Below, in pieces: positions 22,344-31,563 of a stretch of 32,000 nt of DNA. Made by a program: the position numbers and the translations under genes. The notes below the pieces were generated by a model. It was not told the origin of the DNA and ran no database searches. It saw only the letters and a list, made by a program, of their open reading frames with translations. The stretch is taken from contig OY969938.1 of NCBI GenBank assembly GCA_963704755.1, forward strand, positions 1,890,001 through 1,922,000. Direction: 5' to 3'. This stretch comes from an uncultured Chloroflexia bacterium (GTDB taxonomy: Bacteria; Chloroflexota; Anaerolineae; Anaerolineales; Anaerolineaceae). How positions within the stretch are numbered: position 1 is the stretch's first letter; the number at the start of each line of letters is the position of its first letter.

Positions 22344-23651
22344 ATGCGTAAAAGAGATTATGTCCTTAGCGGACTTTTAGGTAGCTTTATTCTGGTCGTT
22401 GCGTTAACCTTCACCATTACCCCGCTGCGCGAGCGGGTGATCAACAAATTGGGCGAGTGGCGCGTGCAGGTGTTCTACGCGCTCAAACCGCCTCAAAAAT
22501 CGGTGTTCGTCCCGCAGGACCAGCAGGGCCAGGTGGCCGAGATCGTCCAGAAGACCATGTCGGCTTACGCCACGGCCCGGGTGACCCCCACCGATCCGCT
22601 CGAGACGTCCACTCCCGTTCCCCAAATTACCCCAACCCCGACCAATACACCCGTGCCCCTGCCGGCTGCGGTCAACCTGGAGGGGATTACTTACCAGAGC
22701 CAGCACGGCCTGTGGAACTATTGCGCCCCCACCACCCTGGCCATGGATCTTTCCTATTGGGGCGTGAAGGTGGACCGCACCGCCGTCGGCAAAGTGGTCA
22801 AACCCTTCGACCAGGACAAGAACGTGATGGCCTACGAGCTGGCCGATTACGTGACCAGCACGACCGACCTCAAGGCCATCGTGCGCTACGGCGGCACCCT
22901 CGATGTGCTCAAAGCGTTGATCGCCAACAAGTATGTCGTCATGGTCGAAAAGGGCATCATCATCAAGGACGACGTGACTCACAAGCTGGGCTGGGTCGGC
23001 CATTACGACGTGGTCTCCGGCTACGACGACTCCCGCCAGGTATTCATCACCCAGGATGCCTATTACTCGGCCAATTACGACGTCAGCTACACCGATATGG
23101 CTCAGCAGTGGCTTTCCTTCAACTACCTGTTTCTGGTGATCTACCCGCCCGACCAGGAAACTGAACTGATGAATATCCTGGGCAGTTACGCCGACGAGAC
23201 CAGCGCCGACCAGATCGCCCTGCAAACCGCCAGCAGCGATACCGGCACAATGAGCGGCGTTGACCTGTTCTTCGCCTATTTCAACCGGGGCACCAGCCTG
23301 GTGGAACTGCAAGATTACGCCGGGGCAGCGTCCGCCTACGACGAGGCTTATTCGATTATGGCCTCGCTGCCCGAGGACCAGCGCCCCTGGCGGGTGACCT
23401 GGTACGAGACCGGCCCCTATTACGCCTATTACTACACCGGCCGCTACCAGGATGTTGAAAACCTGGCCACCACCACCCTCGATTCGGCCGCCGAACCTTA
23501 CCTGGAAGAAAGCTACGTCTGGCGGGCGCGCGCCCGCATCATGCTGGGGGACGTCCAGGGGGCCATCGACGATGTACGCCAGAGCCTGGTCTATCACCCC
23601 GGTTTCGCCCCCTCGCTCGACCTGGCCCAATCTCTCGGTATCCAACCCTGA
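22344..23651 (+). CDS. Membrane-anchored peptidase C39-like (C39_2) domain protein with C-terminal TPR-like region
   Basis: 435 aa. The N-terminal transmembrane helix is LSGLLGSFILVVALTFTI, followed by a Thr/Pro linker. The catalytic-Cys context is GLWNYCAPTTLAMDLSYWG and the His context is WVGHYDVVSGYDD. The C-terminus has helical repeats. Confidence 0.7.
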   Translation: MRKRDYVLSGLLGSFILVVALTFTITPLRERVINKLGEWRVQVFYALKPPQKSVFVPQDQQGQVAEIVQKTMSAYATARVTPTDPLETSTPVPQITPTPTNTPVPLPAAVNLEGITYQSQHGLWNYCAPTTLAMDLSYWGVKVDRTAVGKVVKPFDQDKNVMAYELADYVTSTTDLKAIVRYGGTLDVLKALIANKYVVMVEKGIIIKDDVTHKLGWVGHYDVVSGYDDSRQVFITQDAYYSANYDVSYTDMAQQWLSFNYLFLVIYPPDQETELMNILGSYADETSADQIALQTASSDTGTMSGVDLFFAYFNRGTSLVELQDYAGAASAYDEAYSIMASLPEDQRPWRVTWYETGPYYAYYYTGRYQDVENLATTTLDSAAEPYLEESYVWRARARIMLGDVQGAIDDVRQSLVYHPGFAPSLDLAQSLGIQP

Positions 23652-23660
23652 ACGGAATTT

Positions 23661-24938
23661 ATGATCCACCTGCTGCACTTTGCCGACGCTCACATCGATA
23701 TTGCCAATTACGGCCGGCGTGACCCCGCCAGCGGCCTGCCGCTGCGCGTGCTGGACTTTCTCAAAGCCCTGGATACGATCATCGACCACGCCATCGATCA
23801 TAAGATGGACCTGGTCATTTTTGCCGGGGACGCCTATAAAGACCGTTCCCCGGCGCCCACCTTTCAGCGCGAATGGGGCCGGCGCATCATCCGCCTGTCG
23901 CAGGCCGGCATCGAGACCATTCTGCTGGTGGGCAACCACGACCTTTCGCCTTCGATCGGGCGGGCCAACGCCTTGCAGGAATACGATACCCTGCAGGTGC
24001 CCCACGTCCACGTGGCCGGCACCCCGCACCTGTACCTGCCCGAAGAACTGAACGGCCTGCCGGTGCAGGTCATGGCCCTGCCCTGGATCAATCGCTCCAA
24101 CATCATGGCGACCCTGCAATTAAGCGGCAGTGACCTGCCCCACATCCACGAAGAGATCGAAGAACGGCTGCGCGACATGACTGCCGACTGGTTCGACCAC
24201 CTGGATCCCAATTTGCCGGCGATCCTGACCGCTCACGGCAGCGTACAGGGAGCCGTTTATGGCGGCGAACGCAGTATTATGCTCGGCAACGATATGATCA
24301 TCCCACGGTCGCTGGTGGTCGATCCACGCCTGGATTATGTCGCTCTGGGGCACATCCACAAACCCCAGGATTTGAACGAGGACGGCCACCCGCATGTCAT
24401 CTACCCCGGCTCGATCGAAAGGGTAAATTTCGGCGAGGTGAAAGACGAGAAATTCTTCATCACTGCCCGGGTGGAACCAGGAAATACGCAGATCGAATGG
24501 CACCGCTTGAAGGGCCGCCCGTTTGTGGACCGGCAGGTAAGCCTGTCCAGCCAGGTCGATGGCGATAACCCCGAACCGGCCGCGCTGACCGAACGAATCC
24601 TGTCGGCGCTGCCCGCCCGGGAAGACCTGGCCGAAGTCATCCTGCGTCTCACTATCGAATACCCGCGTGAATGGGAAGCGCTGATCGATGAAAACGCCAT
24701 CCGGGACTATGCCGAACCGGCCTTCGATTTTCACCTGGGCCGCAAGCCCCTGCTGGACGCCAGGATCCGCTTGCCGGATAACGATACGCTCAGCAGCGCT
24801 GCTCCAATGGAACTGCTGGGTCTGTACTGGGATACCCTGCACCTTAACGAAACTGGCGAATTGGACCGCCTGGCCCAGGAGATCATTGCCTCGGTCAGCC
24901 AACCCGCCGGAGAGATTGTAACTGAACCTGATGCATAA
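23661..24938 (+). CDS. sbcD: SbcD/Mre11-family nuclease
   Basis: 425 aa. Metallophosphoesterase motifs are LLHFADAHID, VIFAGDAYKD, LLVGNHD, LTAHGSV and ALGHIH. Confidence 0.88.
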   Translation: MIHLLHFADAHIDIANYGRRDPASGLPLRVLDFLKALDTIIDHAIDHKMDLVIFAGDAYKDRSPAPTFQREWGRRIIRLSQAGIETILLVGNHDLSPSIGRANALQEYDTLQVPHVHVAGTPHLYLPEELNGLPVQVMALPWINRSNIMATLQLSGSDLPHIHEEIEERLRDMTADWFDHLDPNLPAILTAHGSVQGAVYGGERSIMLGNDMIIPRSLVVDPRLDYVALGHIHKPQDLNEDGHPHVIYPGSIERVNFGEVKDEKFFITARVEPGNTQIEWHRLKGRPFVDRQVSLSSQVDGDNPEPAALTERILSALPAREDLAEVILRLTIEYPREWEALIDENAIRDYAEPAFDFHLGRKPLLDARIRLPDNDTLSSAAPMELLGLYWDTLHLNETGELDRLAQEIIASVSQPAGEIVTEPDA

Positions 24939-26253
24939 TTATTTCGAAGAAATTTTGTTGATCTTTGTCTTGTTGCTGGCCAACGGGGTCTTTGCCATGT
25001 CCGAAATTGCCCTGATCTCCTTCCGCAAGGTACGCTTGCAGCAAAGAGCGGAAGATGGCGATAAAGCGGCCCAGGCCGCCCTGGAAATGGCCGAGGAGCC
25101 GAACCGCTTCCTCTCCACCACCCAAATTGGAATTACCCTGATCAGCATCCTGGCCGGCGCCCTGGGCGGCGCCACCCTGTCCGACCCGCTGGCCGCGGTC
25201 ATCGCCCGCGCGCCGTTCTTGCAGCCCTACAGCCACGGCCTGGCCCTGGCCATCGTGGTCATCCTGACCACCTATTTCTCGCTGGTCATCGGCGAATTGA
25301 TCCCCAAGCGGCTGGGCATGAACAATCCTGAGGGCGTAGCCACCTCGATCGCCCGCCCGATGCGCTTTCTTGCGCGCATTTCCTCGCCCATCGTGCAGCT
25401 TTTGAGCGCCTCGACCAACCTCGGCCTGCGCCTGTTGGGCTTCAAGCCCTCCGAAGAGCCGCCCGTGACCGAGGAAGAGATCAAGGTGTTCCTTGAGCAA
25501 GGCACCCAATCGGGGGTCTTCGAGGCCGCCGAACAGGATATGATCGAAAGCGTCTTCCGCCTCAACGACCGCTACATCGACGCCATCATGACCCCGCGCA
25601 CCGAAATCGAATGGCTGGACCTGGACGAAACCAATGAAGAGATCCTGGCCGACCTGCGCGCCAGCAACCACAACCGCTTCCCGGCCGCGCACGACAACCT
25701 GGATAACGTGCTGGGCATCCTGCAGGCCAGGGATTTTTTGAATAAAATGGTGGCCGGCGAGCCCTTCGACCCGACCGAACTGCTGCAAACGCCCTTGTTC
25801 ATTCCCGAAAGTATGCCGGCCCTGAAAGTGCTGGAAATGATCCGCCTGGCCGGGGTCCACGAAGCCCTGGTCATCGACGAGTACGGCGGGCTGCTGGGGA
25901 TGGTCACCCTGTACGACGTATTGGCCGCGATCGTGGGCGAACTGCCCGGCCCCGGCGACGAGATCGAGCCCCAGATCGTCCAACGCGATGACGGCTCTTA
26001 CCTGCTGGACGGCCTGCTGTCGATCGACGAATTCAAGGAACTGTTCGAGATCGAAGATTTGCCCGACGAAGACCGGGTGGGCTACCAGACCCTGGCCGGG
26101 TTCATCCTCAGCCAGTTGGGCAATATTCCCATGGTTGGCCAAACCTACGATTGGGACGGCCTGCATTTCGAGGTGCTGGATATGGATGGGCGCCGCATCG
26201 ACAAGCTCATGGTCATGCGCGTCCCCAGCCAATCCGAGGAACCCACGTTATGA
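24931..26253 (+). CDS. CNNM/CorC/TlyC-family membrane protein (DUF21 transmembrane domain, CBS pair, CorC_HlyC domain); putative Mg/Co transporter
   Basis: 440 aa. Motifs are ANGVFAMSEIALIS and PNRFLSTTQIGITL. A CBS region follows, and the C-terminus runs GNIPMVGQTYDWDGLHFEVLDMDGRRIDKLMV. It overlaps sbcD by 8 nt and sbcC by 4 nt. Confidence 0.85.
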   Translation: MHNYFEEILLIFVLLLANGVFAMSEIALISFRKVRLQQRAEDGDKAAQAALEMAEEPNRFLSTTQIGITLISILAGALGGATLSDPLAAVIARAPFLQPYSHGLALAIVVILTTYFSLVIGELIPKRLGMNNPEGVATSIARPMRFLARISSPIVQLLSASTNLGLRLLGFKPSEEPPVTEEEIKVFLEQGTQSGVFEAAEQDMIESVFRLNDRYIDAIMTPRTEIEWLDLDETNEEILADLRASNHNRFPAAHDNLDNVLGILQARDFLNKMVAGEPFDPTELLQTPLFIPESMPALKVLEMIRLAGVHEALVIDEYGGLLGMVTLYDVLAAIVGELPGPGDEIEPQIVQRDDGSYLLDGLLSIDEFKELFEIEDLPDEDRVGYQTLAGFILSQLGNIPMVGQTYDWDGLHFEVLDMDGRRIDKLMVMRVPSQSEEPTL

Positions 26254-28835
26254 TCCCGGTGCGGCTGGCCCTGCAAGGCTTCCTCTCTTACCTGGAGCCG
26301 GTCGAAATTGATTTCACCTCCATCGACCTGGCCTGCATATCGGGCCACAATGGGGCCGGCAAGTCCAGCCTGCTGGATGCCATGACCTGGGTCTTGTTCG
26401 GCCAGGCCCGCCGGCGCGACGACGCGGTGATCAACAGCAAGACCTCCCCCAACCAGAAGGATCACAAGGGCGCCGAGGTGTGCCTGGATTTCGATTACGA
26501 AGGCAATCGCTACCGGGTACAGCGCTCCAAGGTACGCAACCAGCCGGCTGTGCTGGAATTCTACATCCAGGACGAGCAAAGCGGCTGGCGGCCGCTGACC
26601 GAGCACTCGCTGCGCGAAACCGAGGAACGCATCCAGCAGATCCTGCGCATGGACTACGAGACCTTCACCAACGCCTCCTTCTTTTTGCAGGGCAAGGCCG
26701 ACCAGTTCGCCCAACAGCGCCCCAGCGACCGCAAGCGTATTCTCAGCAACGTGCTCGGGCTGGAAAGCTGGGAATTATATCGCGAAAAAACTCTCGAACG
26801 GCGGCGCAAGGCCGAAAAAGACCTGGCCTCGCTGGAGGGGCAGTTGCGCGAGGTGGAAGCCGAACTGGCCCAGGAGGGCGAACGCCGCGAGAAGCTGAAG
26901 CAGTTCGAGCAGGAACTGGAGCGGCTTTCTACCCTGCGCAAGAGCGAAGAGCAGGCCCTGGGATTGGCCCGTGACCTGGAATCCCGAATTAGCCAGAATC
27001 GCAGCCTGATCGATAGCCAAAAGACCCAGTTAGCGGCAGCCGAAACACGGCTGCGCAACAATAGCAAACACCTGGACGAATTGCAGGCCGAAGCTGCCAC
27101 CTATGAAGATTTGATCGCTTCGGCCGGCGAGATCGAGGCCGGCTTCAGCGCCTGGCAGCAGGCCGCGGCCGAGCTGGAGCAGTGGGCCCAACTGGCAGGG
27201 CAGTTCCAGACCCGCCGGCAAGAGCGCAACGCCCCCCTGATGCAGATCGAGACCGGCCGCACCCGCCTGGAAGAAGAACAGCGCCACCTGTGCCAGCAGC
27301 AGCAGCGCCTGGAAGAGCAGCAGAAACTGCTCCCCGAACTGCAAGCCCGGCTCGACCAGGCCGAACAGGCCACATTGGGGCTGCAAGAACAGCTCGAAGA
27401 ACGCGAAGCCCTGGGTCTACAGCGCCAGGCCGTCACCGATGAGATCAACGAACGCAGCGCTGAAAATAAGCATCTCAAAGAGGAGATGAACGACCTCAAA
27501 GAGCGCCTGGAGCAGTTGCAAGCCGCCGAAACCGAGGAATGCCCGCTGTGCGGCCAACCTTTGGGGTTGGATGAACGGCTCAACCTGATTACATCCCTGC
27601 AGGCCGAGGGCGAATCCCAGGGAAAGCGTTTCCGCGAGAACAAAAAGGCAATCGAAGACTTACAGGAGCAGAAAGCCGCCCTGGAAAAAAGCCTGGCAGC
27701 CCTGGCCGGGCTGGAAAAGTCGATTTTGCAGAACCAACAATCCGCGCTCAAACTGCAATCCCAGCGGGATGGCATTCAACAGGCTCTAACCGCCTGGGAA
27801 AAAGACGGCGCCCAACGGCTGGCCGAAGTGGAGCACCAGTTAGCGCAGGGGGCTTTTGCCGAACAGGCCCGGGCCGAACTGGAGCGGATCGATGCGGCCA
27901 TCGCTGCAATCGGCTACGACCCGGCCGCTCACCAGGCCGCCCAACAGGCTGAAATCGCCACTCGCGCCAACCAGGAACGCCGTAACCAGCTCGAAAAGGC
28001 CCGCGCTGCGCTGGACCCCATCCAGCGCGAGGTCCGTGCGCTCCAGGCCGGGATGGAAAAAGACCAGGCAGACCTGCAAAACCAGCAAAAGGCTTATCGA
28101 GAGATGCTGGCCCAATTCGACACGCTGGCCGGCAATTTGCCCGACGTCAAGTCGCTGGATAAGCAGGTTTTGCAGCGCAAAGCCGAAGAGAACCGCCTGC
28201 GCATGCAGGTAGGGGCCGCCCGCCAGAACGTGGAAGTGCTGGCCGCCCGCAAAGAACAGCGCAAGCAGTACACCGAGCAGATCGAAACCTGCCGCCAGTT
28301 GATCGCCCGCTACCAGCAGTTGGAACGCGCCTTCGGCAAGGACGGGGTACCGGCCCTGCTGATCGAACAGGCTTTGCCGGAAATCGAGCGCCAGGCCAAC
28401 GACCTGCTCGACCGCCTGACCGATGGGAGTATGTCGGTGCGTTTCGACACCCAACGGGATTACAAAGACAAGAAACGCGAGGACAAGAAAGAAACCCTGG
28501 ATATCATCATCACCGATTCGGCCGGCTCGCGCGAATACGAGATGTTTTCCGGCGGCGAGGCTTTCCGGGTCAATTTCGCCATCCGCCTGGCCCTCTCGCG
28601 GGTGCTGGCCCACCGCGCCGGAGCGCGTTTGCAGACCCTGGTCATCGACGAGGGCTTTGGCAGCCAGGACGCCGAAGGCCGCCAGCGCCTGGTCGAGGCC
28701 ATCAACCGGGTGCGCGGTGATTTTGCCAAGATCCTGGTGATTACCCACCTGGAAGAGCTGCAAGACCAGTTCCCGGCCCACATCGAGGTCGAAAAAACCC
28801 GCAACGGCTCGAGCGTCCAGGTGATTGTCGCATGA
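26250..28835 (+). CDS. sbcC: SbcC/Rad50-family ATPase with long coiled coil and zinc hook
   Basis: 861 aa from the ATG at 26250, which forms an ATGA overlap with the upstream stop. Walker A is GHNGAGKSS. The coiled coil is ~550 aa. The hook is CPLCGQP at 27540-27551, the signature is FSGGEAF and Walker B is LVIDEGFG. Confidence 0.88.
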   Translation: MIPVRLALQGFLSYLEPVEIDFTSIDLACISGHNGAGKSSLLDAMTWVLFGQARRRDDAVINSKTSPNQKDHKGAEVCLDFDYEGNRYRVQRSKVRNQPAVLEFYIQDEQSGWRPLTEHSLRETEERIQQILRMDYETFTNASFFLQGKADQFAQQRPSDRKRILSNVLGLESWELYREKTLERRRKAEKDLASLEGQLREVEAELAQEGERREKLKQFEQELERLSTLRKSEEQALGLARDLESRISQNRSLIDSQKTQLAAAETRLRNNSKHLDELQAEAATYEDLIASAGEIEAGFSAWQQAAAELEQWAQLAGQFQTRRQERNAPLMQIETGRTRLEEEQRHLCQQQQRLEEQQKLLPELQARLDQAEQATLGLQEQLEEREALGLQRQAVTDEINERSAENKHLKEEMNDLKERLEQLQAAETEECPLCGQPLGLDERLNLITSLQAEGESQGKRFRENKKAIEDLQEQKAALEKSLAALAGLEKSILQNQQSALKLQSQRDGIQQALTAWEKDGAQRLAEVEHQLAQGAFAEQARAELERIDAAIAAIGYDPAAHQAAQQAEIATRANQERRNQLEKARAALDPIQREVRALQAGMEKDQADLQNQQKAYREMLAQFDTLAGNLPDVKSLDKQVLQRKAEENRLRMQVGAARQNVEVLAARKEQRKQYTEQIETCRQLIARYQQLERAFGKDGVPALLIEQALPEIERQANDLLDRLTDGSMSVRFDTQRDYKDKKREDKKETLDIIITDSAGSREYEMFSGGEAFRVNFAIRLALSRVLAHRAGARLQTLVIDEGFGSQDAEGRQRLVEAINRVRGDFAKILVITHLEELQDQFPAHIEVEKTRNGSSVQVIVA

Positions 28836-29959
28836 GTGAGATCCCCTGGCGGGTGGGGCTGCAACAGCGGGTACTGCCGGCTTACCGGGCACCCTTTTTC
28901 GATGCGCTCGGACAAGCCTGCCCGCAGGGGCTGAGCCTGATTGCCGGCCAGCCGCGGCCGGTCGAAGCGATCGAGACGGCCAAAGAACTGGCCCAGGTCC
29001 GCCTGGTAAGCGCCCGTAACCTGCACCTCTTCAGCGGTGGGTTGTATTTTTGCTGGCAGCGCGGGCTGGCGGATTGGCTGCAAGCCTGGCAGCCGCAGGT
29101 ATTGATTTTGGAGTCCAACCCGCGTTATTTGAGCAGCCCGCGAGCCATCCGTTGGGCGCGCAGCCACAACTGCGCCTTGATCGGCTGGGGCCTGGGTGCA
29201 CAGCCCTCGGCGGGTCAGGCCGGCCGCCTGCTGCGCAGCGCCTGGAAGAATTTCGTCAGCCAGTTCGACGCGCTAATCGCTTATTCGCTGCGCGGGGCCG
29301 AACAATACGCTCAGTTGGGCTTTCCGGCCGAGCGGATCGTGGTGGCGCCCAACGCCGTCGCGCCACGGCCAACGCAGCCGCCGGTTGAACGCCCGCCGGC
29401 TGCCGCAGATACCCCCCTGACCGTCCTGTACGTCGGCCGCTTGCAGGCCCGCAAACGGGTGGACCTGCTGCTGCGCGCCTGCGCCGCCTTGCCCGCTGCC
29501 GCGCAACCCGATCTTGAAATTGTCGGCGATGGGCCGGTGCGCGCGGAATTGCAAGCTCTGGCCGGACAGATCTATCCGCGGGCGCATTTCCGCGGGGGTT
29601 TGTATGGCAGCGAGTTGGACCCGTTTTTCACCCGGGCCGACCTGTTCGTGCTGCCCGGCACCGGCGGGCTGGCCGTCCAGCAGGCCATGTCGTTTGGCCT
29701 GCCGGTCATCGTGGCCGAGGCAGACGGCACCCAGTCCAACCTGGTCAGGCCGGAGAATGGCTGGCTGCTGCCGGCCAACGACCTGCCCGCCTTGCAAGCT
29801 GCCCTGCAGCAAGCCCTGGCCGACCCGGCCCGCCTGCGCGCGATGGGCCAGGCCGCCTACAAAGTGGTGGCCGATGAGGTCAACCTGGAAACCATGGTCG
29901 CAGCCTTCAGCCAGGCCATCCATTTGGCCGCCGGCCGGGCAGGATTGGAGAGCCGCTGA
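28832..29959 (+). CDS. Glycosyltransferase, GT-B fold (family 4/1-like)
   Basis: 375 aa. It forms an ATGA overlap with the sbcC stop. Motifs are VLYVGRLQARKRVDLLL and GGLAVQQAMSFGLPVIVAEADGTQSNLVRPENGWLL. Confidence 0.75.
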   Translation: MSEIPWRVGLQQRVLPAYRAPFFDALGQACPQGLSLIAGQPRPVEAIETAKELAQVRLVSARNLHLFSGGLYFCWQRGLADWLQAWQPQVLILESNPRYLSSPRAIRWARSHNCALIGWGLGAQPSAGQAGRLLRSAWKNFVSQFDALIAYSLRGAEQYAQLGFPAERIVVAPNAVAPRPTQPPVERPPAAADTPLTVLYVGRLQARKRVDLLLRACAALPAAAQPDLEIVGDGPVRAELQALAGQIYPRAHFRGGLYGSELDPFFTRADLFVLPGTGGLAVQQAMSFGLPVIVAEADGTQSNLVRPENGWLLPANDLPALQAALQQALADPARLRAMGQAAYKVVADEVNLETMVAAFSQAIHLAAGRAGLESR

Positions 29960-31170
29960 TGCACGTCTTGATGGTCGCCGATGGGCGCAGCCCAATCTTC
30001 CGCCGCATGCTCGAAACGATCCGGGCTTCAGGCCACCAGGTCACTTTGCTGAGCACTTTCCCCTGCTCGCCCCCAGCCGATGTGGAGAAAATGTTCGTCC
30101 TGCCGGTGGCGTTCAGCCGGTTTGCCTCCGGCCGGTCTTCGTCCGCCACCCGCACCACGGCCACCCCGGGGCGCAGCCGTATGTCGGCCCTGCGTAGATT
30201 ATTGTTAACCGTGCGCTACCGCCTGGGCCCGTTCAGCGTGCGCAACTCAGTGCGCAGCTACCGCTCTATATTGCGCCAGGTCGAACCCGACCTGGTCCAC
30301 GCCCTGCGCATCCCGTTCGAGGGGATGCTGGCCGGTTTTACCCCGGCCGAGATTCCGCTGGTGGTCTCGATTTGGGGCAATGACCTGACCCTGCACGCGG
30401 GCAAGTCGGCCGGTATGGCCCGCCTGACTCGCCTGGCGCTGGCCCGCGCAGATGGGCTGCACAGCGATACCCTGCGGGACGTGCGCCTGGCCGCGCAGTG
30501 GGGCTTCTTACCCGAAAAGCCTCACCTGGTGGTGCCCGGCAACGGCGGCATCGACCTGGACCGGCTGCAAGCCGGGTTGGCCGACCTGCCGGAAGAACTG
30601 GCCGCGCGCATCCCAACCGGCCGGCCGCTGGTGATCAACCCGCGCGGCATCCGCGCCTACACCTGCACCGGCACCTTCTTCCAGGCCATTCCCCTGGTGC
30701 TGGAGCGCTGCCCCGAGGCTGTTTTCCTCTGCCCGGGCATGCAGGGTGAAAGCGAAGCCATGGATTGGGTCGCGAGCCTGCACCTGGATGAGCATGTCGT
30801 GCTGCTGCCGCTTTTGCCTCAGGCCCAATTGTGGAGCCTGTTTGCGCGCAGCCTGGTCTCAGTATCGGTCACCCACCACGACGGCACCCCTAACACCCTG
30901 CTGGAAGCCATGGCCTGCGGGAGCTTCCCGGTCGCAGGCGACCTGGACAGCCTGCGCGAGTGGATCACCCCCGGCAGCAACGGCCTGCTGGTCGAGTCAA
31001 GCAAGCCCCAGTCTCTGGCCGAAGCCATTTTGCAGGGCCTGGATTCGGAAGACCTGCGTCGCAAGGCAGCCGAGGCCAACCGCCAATTGATTGCGGAAAA
31101 AGCCGCCGTCGAACAGGTTCGCCCGCAAATGGAAGCGTTTTACCAGGCCGTCGCACCCGTAAGAAATTAG
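29959..31170 (+). CDS. Glycosyltransferase, GT-B fold (family 4/1-like)
   Basis: 403 aa, with a TGATG overlap with the upstream gene. The motif is DGTPNTLLEAMACGSFPVAGDLDSLREWITPGSNGLLVE. Confidence 0.75.
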   Translation: MHVLMVADGRSPIFRRMLETIRASGHQVTLLSTFPCSPPADVEKMFVLPVAFSRFASGRSSSATRTTATPGRSRMSALRRLLLTVRYRLGPFSVRNSVRSYRSILRQVEPDLVHALRIPFEGMLAGFTPAEIPLVVSIWGNDLTLHAGKSAGMARLTRLALARADGLHSDTLRDVRLAAQWGFLPEKPHLVVPGNGGIDLDRLQAGLADLPEELAARIPTGRPLVINPRGIRAYTCTGTFFQAIPLVLERCPEAVFLCPGMQGESEAMDWVASLHLDEHVVLLPLLPQAQLWSLFARSLVSVSVTHHDGTPNTLLEAMACGSFPVAGDLDSLREWITPGSNGLLVESSKPQSLAEAILQGLDSEDLRRKAAEANRQLIAEKAAVEQVRPQMEAFYQAVAPVRN

Positions 31171-31201
31171 TGTGCCTGCTCAAGCCCTGATTAAGAAGTT
31201 A

Positions 31202-31254
31202 CCGGAATTAAGCTGTTTGCACTGGTTTCACCGATGCAAACAGCTTAGTTCCGG
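31202..31254. terminator. 20-bp hairpin H8 (one G-T pair, 13-nt loop), 31 nt after the last operon gene
   Basis: CCGGAATTAAGCTGTTTGCA-ctggtttcaccga-TGCAAACAGCTTAGTTCCGG. Confidence 0.55.
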
Positions 31255-31447
31255 GGTTATTACTCGTTGGGCTGAGCATTTACGAATAAAACACTTAATT
31301 CGATCTGCTGGCCTCCCAGCCAATTCAAGAATCCCCCCAACCCCCTTGAAAAGGGGGCAAGAAACGGCGGGGTCTAGTAAAACAAGAGGTGCAGCAACCC
31401 GGCCAGGACAATCGCATCCTGCCAATTTAGTCCCAACAGAGAGATAA

Positions 31448-31492
31448 TTTTGAGTGTTATTGTAGCGCTACGCCCCACAATAACACTCAAAA
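31448..31492. repeat. 16-bp perfect hairpin H9 (13-nt loop)
   Basis: TTTTGAGTGTTATTGT-agcgctacgcccc-ACAATAACACTCAAAA. Confidence 0.85.
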
Positions 31493-31527
31493 ACCCATTC
31501 TTTGGGGAATTGCCCTCGAAAAGCAGG

Positions 31528-31552
31528 CAGGTTGCATTCGCCCTGCAACCTG
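31528..31552. repeat. 9-bp perfect hairpin H10, loop TTCGCCC
   Basis: CAGGTTGCA-ttcgccc-TGCAACCTG. Confidence 0.8.
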
Positions 31553-31563
31553 GCCGAGGCATC

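Noticed and set aside
22404-24119. 571-aa minus-strand ORF, together with similar long antisense ORFs at 24895-26232, 27840-28892, 11614-12648, 14100-14951, 16339-17229, 16556-17449, 2782-3741 and 119-958
   Set aside because: These are shadow ORFs typical of high-GC DNA. They lie opposite genes with clear family motifs. They are rich in Arg/Gly/Ala/Pro/His and contain no recognisable domain.
26151-26249. 33-codon upstream extension of sbcC, plus a similar 15-codon extension of pruA (19234-19278) and a 40-codon extension of the C39-like gene (22224-22343)
   Set aside because: The extensions overlap the preceding gene or repeat and polypyrimidine DNA. The conserved N-terminal motifs begin at the downstream ATGs, which have coupling or Shine-Dalgarno context.
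23661-28835. SbcD/SbcC pair as a component of a phage-defence system (Lamassu/Wadjet/OLD-like)
   Set aside because: Both proteins have the standard housekeeping architecture: Mre11-type phosphoesterase motifs, and a Rad50-type Walker A/B with a ~550-aa coiled coil and a CPLC zinc hook. No effector, nuclease-toxin or other defence gene is adjacent.
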